In this document: piece after piece, positions 58,067 to 64,000 of the stretch
Position numbering within the stretch: position 1 is the stretch's first letter
How the letters are laid out: the number at the start of each line of letters is the position of its first letter
Virus record (IMG/VR): IMGVR_UViG_3300026549_002532
Location: 1 to 64,000 of that record
DNA: 64,000 nt
Direction: 5' to 3' (one strand)
Source: a virus
Lineage: Duplodnaviria > Caudoviricetes
The notes under the pieces: model-generated
Seen by the model: only the letters and a program-made list of their open reading frames with translations
What the model was told of the DNA's origin: nothing
Database searches by the model: none
Position numbers and translations under genes: made by a program

Positions 58067-59035
58067 TTAGGCTGCCAGTTCGATGACTTTGAGCTTTCGG
58101 TAGTCGATGGACTCGAACTGCACGCCGAAGAACATGGTGGCGATGTACGAGAGTATGAACGGCTCGTACTCCTTGACCATGACGCTCTCCACGTCGCCCA
58201 TCTGGTCGTAACCCACGAGCATGTTGCTCTTGGGCGTGACGTGGATGAACTTCGAGTCGGCCTTGTTGAACAGCGGCACGATGTGGAGCTTGCCGTTGCT
58301 GCCCTCCACGGTGTTCTGCCCGAACTGGTTGTAGTAGTTGATACCGGCATGGGTGAGCAGCATGGCCTCGTTGTACTTGTCGGCGAAGTCCTGCGAGCAG
58401 TACATGTTCAGCTCCTGGGCACGCAGACGTGGGTCGAGCGAGTAGAGGATTTCCTTTGCGATGTCGAGCGCGTTGGCGGTGGTGATTTCCTCGGTGAGCT
58501 TCATGTAGTTCTTGTTGGCCACGCTGATCTTGTCGGCGGCGATTTCAGCAGCGGTGATGGTGTCGAAGCCGTCGAACAGGTCTTTGGTGGTGTCGCCGCT
58601 TGCGTTGCGTACACCGCTCCAAATAGCGTCATTAAGGCTTTCCGAAAGCCCTTTGGCGATGAGCGTGAGCACATGGAGCGCCGTGGGTGCCTGCATCTGG
58701 CCGTCACCTTTGGTGGCCGCCATGTAGCCGAGAATGGTGGATGCTGCGGAGTTCGGCTCGAACTTGCAGTGCACGGAGCCCATGAACGTCTCAAGGGTTC
58801 TGTATTCCACATTGAGATTGAAGTCGGTGGAGCGCGAGGGCTTGTAGGGCCCGAACTGCGCGTTGCCGCTGATGGCTCCCACGTTTTCCTTGTAGCGGAT
58901 GCTGGGGCGAGGAGTCATGTGCTGGATGGTGTCCTGGCACCCGATGATGGGCTGCATGAGCAGTTCGGGTCGCCACTTGGTGGCGGCCTCCTGGAACTGC
59001 TCCAGCGAGGGGGTGATGTTGAGTTGTCCTGCCAT
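58067..59035 (-). CDS. Major capsid protein
   Basis: 322 aa directly after protease/scaffold; HK97-like size and P-loop-region pattern. Confidence 0.7.
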   Translation of the reverse strand: MAGQLNITPSLEQFQEAATKWRPELLMQPIIGCQDTIQHMTPRPSIRYKENVGAISGNAQFGPYKPSRSTDFNLNVEYRTLETFMGSVHCKFEPNSAASTILGYMAATKGDGQMQAPTALHVLTLIAKGLSESLNDAIWSGVRNASGDTTKDLFDGFDTITAAEIAADKISVANKNYMKLTEEITTANALDIAKEILYSLDPRLRAQELNMYCSQDFADKYNEAMLLTHAGINYYNQFGQNTVEGSNGKLHIVPLFNKADSKFIHVTPKSNMLVGYDQMGDVESVMVKEYEPFILSYIATMFFGVQFESIDYRKLKVIELAA

Positions 59036-59063
59036 ATTACTTTGAGATTAGAGATGAGCGAAT

Positions 59064-60149
59064 TTAGGGAACTTGGTTGAACAGCTTCTTGGCGTTGTTC
59101 ACCTTGTCGGCGAACACGTCAAAGGGAGACTTGGCGGTCTGTTGCGGAGCATCGACCACCACTTGTGACTTTTCGGCAGGGTTGGCTTTCAATGCCTGAA
59201 CCTGCTCGGCGAGTTCGGTGTTGCGCTTGTCGCGGTCAGCGATGGCACGCTCAACGGCGAGCGCTTGCTCTGCGGTGAGCTTCACACCGTCCTCGCCCAC
59301 AGCGAAGCCCTCGATGTTGAGGACTTCGCCAAGGAGCGAAAGGGACTGGAGCATGGTTGCGGATGGTTTGAGTGTTGGGGAAGATGGATGATTATTTTCG
59401 TTATGACTAGCTTTTTCTTTCATTTCAGCTTGGGGATTTCCGGCGGATATTTGTTCGTGTTCGGCCTCCTTGGCGGACTTGAACAGCGAGGCAATGGCAG
59501 CGATGAAACGCTCGATGAGCGTCTCATTGCGGCTGTAGGCTGTGGGTATGTTCGGAATGGGCATACCGGCAGCCGCCATCGCCGAAGCCACCGCGTCGGT
59601 GAGCACCGGCTTGGTCTCGCCCAGGTCGGTGATCTCATCGACAAAGCCCCAGGCCTTCGCCTCTTTAGCGGTGAGCCAGCCGCCTACTCGCATGAGGTCG
59701 AGCAGGTCGGCCTCGGGCTTGCTGCACTTGGCCGAATACATCGCGGCAACATTGTTGTCGAGTTTGTTGAGGTCTCGGATTGCCGCCTCGCAGTTGTCGC
59801 GGACAGTTGCGAGCTGGTCGGCATTCAGGCTTCCCCACTCGAAAAACTCCGCGCTGCACTTGTGCACGAGGTACATGGCCGATGCGTCGATGCTGATGTG
59901 CCTGGCACCGAGCGAAGCGATGGTCGCGGCACTGGCATTCATGCCCACGAAGTGGACGGTGACATCGCCATGACGTTTGAACGCCGAGGCGATGGAGATG
60001 GCGGTCGCCAGCGAACCGCCGAGGCTGTCGATAAGCACGTGGACCGGCTTGCCCTCGTTCTTGGCAAGCACATAGTCCACATAGTCGCGGTCGAAGTCGT
60101 AGCCTCCGACGTAGCCTTTGAGGTGGAGATTGTATTTAGTCTGTGGCAT
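59064..60149 (-). CDS. Clp-type head maturation protease with scaffold tail
   Basis: 'IDSLGGS', 'NASAATIASLG', 'YLVHK', 'WLTAKEAKAWGFVDEI'; coiled-coil C-terminus. Confidence 0.88.
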   Translation of the reverse strand: MPQTKYNLHLKGYVGGYDFDRDYVDYVLAKNEGKPVHVLIDSLGGSLATAISIASAFKRHGDVTVHFVGMNASAATIASLGARHISIDASAMYLVHKCSAEFFEWGSLNADQLATVRDNCEAAIRDLNKLDNNVAAMYSAKCSKPEADLLDLMRVGGWLTAKEAKAWGFVDEITDLGETKPVLTDAVASAMAAAGMPIPNIPTAYSRNETLIERFIAAIASLFKSAKEAEHEQISAGNPQAEMKEKASHNENNHPSSPTLKPSATMLQSLSLLGEVLNIEGFAVGEDGVKLTAEQALAVERAIADRDKRNTELAEQVQALKANPAEKSQVVVDAPQQTAKSPFDVFADKVNNAKKLFNQVP

Positions 60150-60169
60150 AATCGTACTGATTTTTGCCA

Positions 60170-60204
60170 CAAAATTATAAAGGTGCAAGTGCCGCATAAA
60201 AGAC
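60170..60204 (-). promoter_or_regulatory. Phage module promoter copy 6
   Basis: CAAAATTA 60170-60177, 20 nt, AAAAGAC 60198-60204. Confidence 0.7.
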
Positions 60205-60266
60205 AGGAAAATATACCCTCTGTTTCAGATATTATTTTTACCTTTGCAGTCTAATAGATGCAAAAT

Positions 60267-61673
60267 ATGGCTGAAAATCAGAACATAGAGTACAAAGAAT
60301 CGTGGCGCGACGAATATCTGAAATGGATATGCGGCTTCGCCAATGCGCAAGGTGGCAGGATATACATCGGTATTGCCGACGATCAGAAAGTCGTGGGTGT
60401 CAGCAATTCCCACCGCTTGCTGGAAGATATACCCAACAAGATTGTAACAACGCTCGGCATCGTGTGTGATGTCAACCTGCTGGAGCGCGAAGGCAAAGAC
60501 GTTATCGAGATAGTCGTTGAACCGAGCAATATGCCCATCGCATATAAAGGCGAGTATCACATACGCAGCGGTGCGACCAAGCAGCAGTTGCGTGGCGTAG
60601 CCCTGCAGCAGTTCATCCTGAAGAAAATGGGCTTGTCGTGGGATGAGATTCCTACCGAGGTTGGGATTGACAAAATCGACCGTATAGCCATAGAATATTT
60701 CTTGCGCAAAGGTATCTTCCACAAACGCCTCAGTCCTGAAGCCATCAATTATACGACCGAAGAAGTATTGCAGAACCTGCAACTAATCAACGATGAGGGA
60801 AAACTTAAAAATGCCGCATTGTTGCTGTTCGGCAAAGACCCACAACGCCATTTTGTCTCGGCTATATTCCGCATAGGTCGTTTTGGCGGAGAAAACAATG
60901 ATTTGCTATCCCAAGACACTATTGAAGGGAATATTCTTCAGATGGGTGACAAAGTGGTCGAAATCCTAAAGAACAAGTATCTCATTTCTCCAATTCATTA
61001 TGAGGGAATGGTAAGGGTCGAGACGCTTGAAATTCCCGAAGATGCCCTACGAGAGATATTGTATAATGCTATTTGCCACAAGGAGTACACAGGCGCACAT
61101 ATCCAAATGCGCGTTTATAATGACCGCATCACTATATGGAATCAAGGTGGATTGCCATTCGGTGTTACCATTGACTCTCTTATGGAACAACACTCCTCTC
61201 ACCCTCGCAACAAAAATATTGCCAACACATTCTTCAAAGCCGGTTTCATTGAGGCTTGGGGTCGTGGTATCGGGAAAGTTAACGATGAATTCAAGAAAGC
61301 TAACCTACCTCTGCCGAAGTATGAGGAGCGAGAAGGTGGTTTTATGGTGACAATACAACGTCCTGAAAATGTGCGCAATATGTTTTCAGGCCCCTCAAGC
61401 ACTCCCCAAGTACCCCCCGAGTACCCCCCAAGTACCCCCCAAGTTGACAATCTTGTTTCACGAATGGGAACGGAATACTTATCAATAACTGAATTGTTAA
61501 ACTTGATGGGACTTCGTGACCGCAAATATTTCAGAGCAAATTTCTTAACGCCAGCCATTGAAAAAGGATTTGTCGAGCTGGAAATTCCTGGGCAGATACG
61601 AAATCCGAAACAACGTTACAGATTAACAGGATTAGGTCTGGGCTATCATGGATTTATGAAAGGAGCAAAATAA
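60267..61673 (+). CDS. AlbA_2 (Schlafen-like) + HATPase + HTH protein, moron
   Basis: 'ENQNIEYKESW...ICGFANAQGGRIYIG', 'ALREILYNAICHKEY', 'PRNKNIANTF...IEAWGRGI'; own -7 box near 60239. Confidence 0.85.
   Translation: MAENQNIEYKESWRDEYLKWICGFANAQGGRIYIGIADDQKVVGVSNSHRLLEDIPNKIVTTLGIVCDVNLLEREGKDVIEIVVEPSNMPIAYKGEYHIRSGATKQQLRGVALQQFILKKMGLSWDEIPTEVGIDKIDRIAIEYFLRKGIFHKRLSPEAINYTTEEVLQNLQLINDEGKLKNAALLLFGKDPQRHFVSAIFRIGRFGGENNDLLSQDTIEGNILQMGDKVVEILKNKYLISPIHYEGMVRVETLEIPEDALREILYNAICHKEYTGAHIQMRVYNDRITIWNQGGLPFGVTIDSLMEQHSSHPRNKNIANTFFKAGFIEAWGRGIGKVNDEFKKANLPLPKYEEREGGFMVTIQRPENVRNMFSGPSSTPQVPPEYPPSTPQVDNLVSRMGTEYLSITELLNLMGLRDRKYFRANFLTPAIEKGFVELEIPGQIRNPKQRYRLTGLGLGYHGFMKGAK
61409..61444 (+). 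repeat. 11-bp tandem repeat AGTACCCCCCR x3 inside the CDS
   Basis: Units start at 61409, 61420 and 61431. Confidence 0.7.
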
Positions 61674-61803
61674 TGACCGAATAAAAGCCGTGTGGGTCGT
61701 TATGACCTCACGGCTTAATTTTTGTGGGTTGTCGGATGCTCACGTTTCGTTGCAAAAAAAGGCGAGGCTTTTACACCTCACCCCGAAGCGAAAGCCTCAG
61801 TGG

Positions 61804-62466
61804 CTAATCGCGGAAGACATAGCCATTCCAGAAAGTGAAGCCATCCAAGAAAATATCTCTTGCGAAAGCCTTGATGTCAAAGTAATTACGCAGGTACGAG
61901 GGCATCTCAGCGTAATAGCCGCAATCCTCGGCAAGCTGCTCGGCGTAATCTTCTTCGCTGTCGAACTTTCCGCAATAGGCCTCACGGAACTCATAAAAGA
62001 GATTGTCGCCGTCAGTGTAACTGCCGTACTTGCAATCAAGGAAAGCCTCGAAAGCCTCCTGCTCATCCTCATCAAGCCCGGCGAACTCGCGTACATTGTC
62101 GAAATCCTGTTCTGTGAAAGAGCCCTCGCGGTAGAACTGACCCGGGAATCCCATGTAATCTTGGAACATGTACTCCGGATCCTGCTCAAAGCGGTGAATC
62201 CAGCGGCAGACCATCATGAACTCCTCGTAATCGGCGCAAGCCTCGATGGAGACCCATGCTCCGCGCAGCGACCCCGAGGCGTATGCCCCGTATGACCCCA
62301 CGTAGATAGCCGCTACTTCCTCATCGGGGTGAGCGATGAACTGCTCCAAATCCACTTCCTCAACCCCGTAGGGATTGTTGATGTTCTCGACAGCCTTTAC
62401 AGGCTCTTGTGCCTGGGTGCTTTGAGCACCGCTCGCAACTTCTGAAAATTTGTGATTTTTCTCCAT
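61804..62466 (-). CDS. ardA: Antirestriction protein ArdA
   Basis: 'AIYVGSYGAYASGSLRGAWVSI', 'EYMFQDY', 'FDSEEDYAE', 'YFDIKAFARD'; very acidic DNA-mimic composition. Confidence 0.85.
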   Translation of the reverse strand: MEKNHKFSEVASGAQSTQAQEPVKAVENINNPYGVEEVDLEQFIAHPDEEVAAIYVGSYGAYASGSLRGAWVSIEACADYEEFMMVCRWIHRFEQDPEYMFQDYMGFPGQFYREGSFTEQDFDNVREFAGLDEDEQEAFEAFLDCKYGSYTDGDNLFYEFREAYCGKFDSEEDYAEQLAEDCGYYAEMPSYLRNYFDIKAFARDIFLDGFTFWNGYVFRD

Positions 62467-62537
62467 GACAGTGAAAAATTTATTGTGAAACAATCGAGTG
62501 AACTTGTAATCGCTCTTATTTGAGCTTTTACACTGCC

Positions 62538-62696
62538 TGCAAAGTGCGACGGCGAACACTTAGCAAGGATTGACCGAAAAAAATTACCCCTCGCGGGCCC
62601 GAAAAATTTTAGCCGGCACGGTCTCAAATTTTTTCATTTTTTTCGACCGTCAACATCGCCTGTCCTTGCGTGTTAAGACGGTGCATTAACTTTGCA
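62538..62696. promoter_or_regulatory. Long imperfect hairpin with -33/-7 boxes (Frpo/ssDNA-promoter-like)
   Basis: TGCAAAGT/ACTTTGCA and GCAAGGA/TCCTTGC pairs, A-tract/T-tract core; TTG-N19-TAACTTTG in the right arm. Confidence 0.6.
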
Positions 62697-62699
62697 GCG

Positions 62700-63430
62700 T
62701 AAAAGCCAAAAAGAGCCGATGCCCACAAGGAGCGAGTGTGCAGCGATAGATTTTGTCATGGAGAGCGCAGCAATCACATCAAGAAGTGAGCGATTGCGTC
62801 CAACAAAGCACCGGCCATGAGGCGTAAAGCCGAGAACACAATCCCGAAGGAGAACAATGAAGGTGTGGATTGGGGCAGTCGCCCACCCGAGGAAGTGCCG
62901 CTGCGTGGGGGCGTTCGCTGCACGCACCCAGTGCGCCACGGAGCACTCCATTGAGCGCAGTCGCCGATTAGTTCAGAAAGTCTGCCGTTCACCGCATTGA
63001 GCAGAGGAGTACACCAAGATACAAGGGCAACCGAGTCAGTAAGCGAGGGTTCAAGGAGCAGGATTCAATGCACGCCGCCGAGCCGATTAGAACCAAGATG
63101 GGCAGGAAGCCGAGGCTTTTCCGCAATACGGCAGACTGACAGCGACAATCAATGAGAGCCGTGATATTGCGTAAAGTAGGCGAAGAATAGCCGAGCGGTG
63201 ATGATTGTGTGCGTCCATTACGCTTTGCCCGACACCATTCCATAGTTACACAACGACATCAAGGCAATCAGCAAGAGACTTGGACGGCTCCACGGAATGG
63301 CTGCTCCGCCACCAGTCACGTGCCACATCGGGTGAGGATGAATCACTTATTGCCCACCGATGATGATAAAAAGGCGACGGCAAGCGTTTCCCAACGACTG
63401 CCGCCTAAAGTAAAAAGGTATTTCTTTGTA
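62700..63430 (+). other. Long ORF-less structured tract (candidate ncRNA)
   Basis: Starts just below TAACTTTG; 10-bp long-range pair 62979-62988/63128-63137; GAGCCGA at 62713 and 63080. Confidence 0.4.
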
Positions 63431-63450
63431 TGAAAAAAATCTACATAGTT

Positions 63451-63879
63451 CTATCTGGTGATGCTGCATGGGATTAACGCTTTCTGCGCGTAGAGCGTGA
63501 TTTCGACCGTCCAGACCGCAGGATCGCCGTTAGGCGTTCCTGTGTCGCGCGTGACTTTCACGATAGGTCGGGGCTTCTCACGCTGCCCGATGATGTACGA
63601 CTGGCCATTGCAGTCGGTGACGATGTAGGCGACGTGCCGCTGCAGCGGCAAGGCATCGAGGGTCTTGAAGCGCAGAGTGACCTGCTCAATCCTGCCGTTG
63701 TTGTTATAGATGGATTCCGCCTCGCAGGTGGGCACGCCGCAGAACGCGATAGGTGTAATGTCGGTGAACACGCCCACAGGAATACCGGCGAGGTGCTTAT
63801 ACATTATCTCACGCTGCAAATTCACCGAAGGCACATGCCCGATGAATTTGATGCCCGGAAGTGATTGAGTCTGTCTCAT
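63451..63879 (-). CDS. Phage hypothetical protein
   Basis: 142 aa, co-oriented with the structural genes. Confidence 0.6.
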   Translation of the reverse strand: MRQTQSLPGIKFIGHVPSVNLQREIMYKHLAGIPVGVFTDITPIAFCGVPTCEAESIYNNNGRIEQVTLRFKTLDALPLQRHVAYIVTDCNGQSYIIGQREKPRPIVKVTRDTGTPNGDPAVWTVEITLYAQKALIPCSITR

Positions 63880-64000
63880 AAAACTGTGGAACTTTTTGGA
63901 AAGTGTGGAATATTTTGGAAAGTGTGGAGAACTCTGCTGTTTTTGGGGTACTTTGTCACGTGGCTATAACTTTTATTAACGGAATTAAGATTTGTAAACA

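Larger units (their letters stand above)
720..64000 (-). mobile_element. Siphovirus-like prophage with multiple cargo insertions, integrated at tRNA-Pro; right end outside the window
   Basis: Integrase next to the tRNA plus terminase, portal, protease, capsid, tape measure, holin and amidase, all co-oriented on the minus strand. Confidence 0.88.

Noticed and set aside
63885-63925. TTTTGGAAAGTGTGGA direct repeat (two copies)
   Set aside because: Only two copies at the window edge; it may be an operator, but context is missing.
1-64000. CRISPR array or diversity-generating retroelement
   Set aside because: No repeat-spacer array with unique spacers, no reverse transcriptase and no adenine-specific TR/VR pair was seen. 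The 13.6/14.1-kb repeats differ at all base types.

Overview
Bacteroidales (Bacteroidota) chromosomal window; promoters follow the TTTG-N19-21-TAnnTTTG pattern and T9SS C-terminal domains are present. A tRNA-Pro(GGG) at 645-719 is followed by a tyrosine integrase and a siphovirus-like prophage on the minus strand that runs off the right end. The prophage encodes, right to left: Clp-type head protease, major capsid, major tail, PRTase/PLD genes, terminase, portal, head-tail connectors, tail fibre, holin-amidase-spanin lysis cassette, tape measure and a tail protein. The morphogenesis genes are broken into modules. Six modules start with the same promoter, GTCTTTT-N20-TAnTTTTG, and foreign cargo sits immediately upstream of each copy. 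The largest cargo (about 27 kb, between terminase and the portal module) is a defence island: WYL regulator, TPR protein, frameshifted helicase/Eco57I-type R-M pair, TIR, NucS-like/DUF4268, ApeA-HEPN, HNH, a Druantia type III-like DruH/DruE pair, an SBD-like protein and two ASCH-like genes. A 17-bp palindromic operator, GTGC-N9-GCAC, sits at an identical position in four island promoters, which suggests a distributed WYL regulon. Other cargo includes ArdA and a stand-alone MutS-I domain gene behind long hairpin (ssDNA-type) promoters, two long ORF-less structured tracts, AT-rich morons and a captured host chromosomal fragment. All calls come from reading motifs by eye; no database searches were run.
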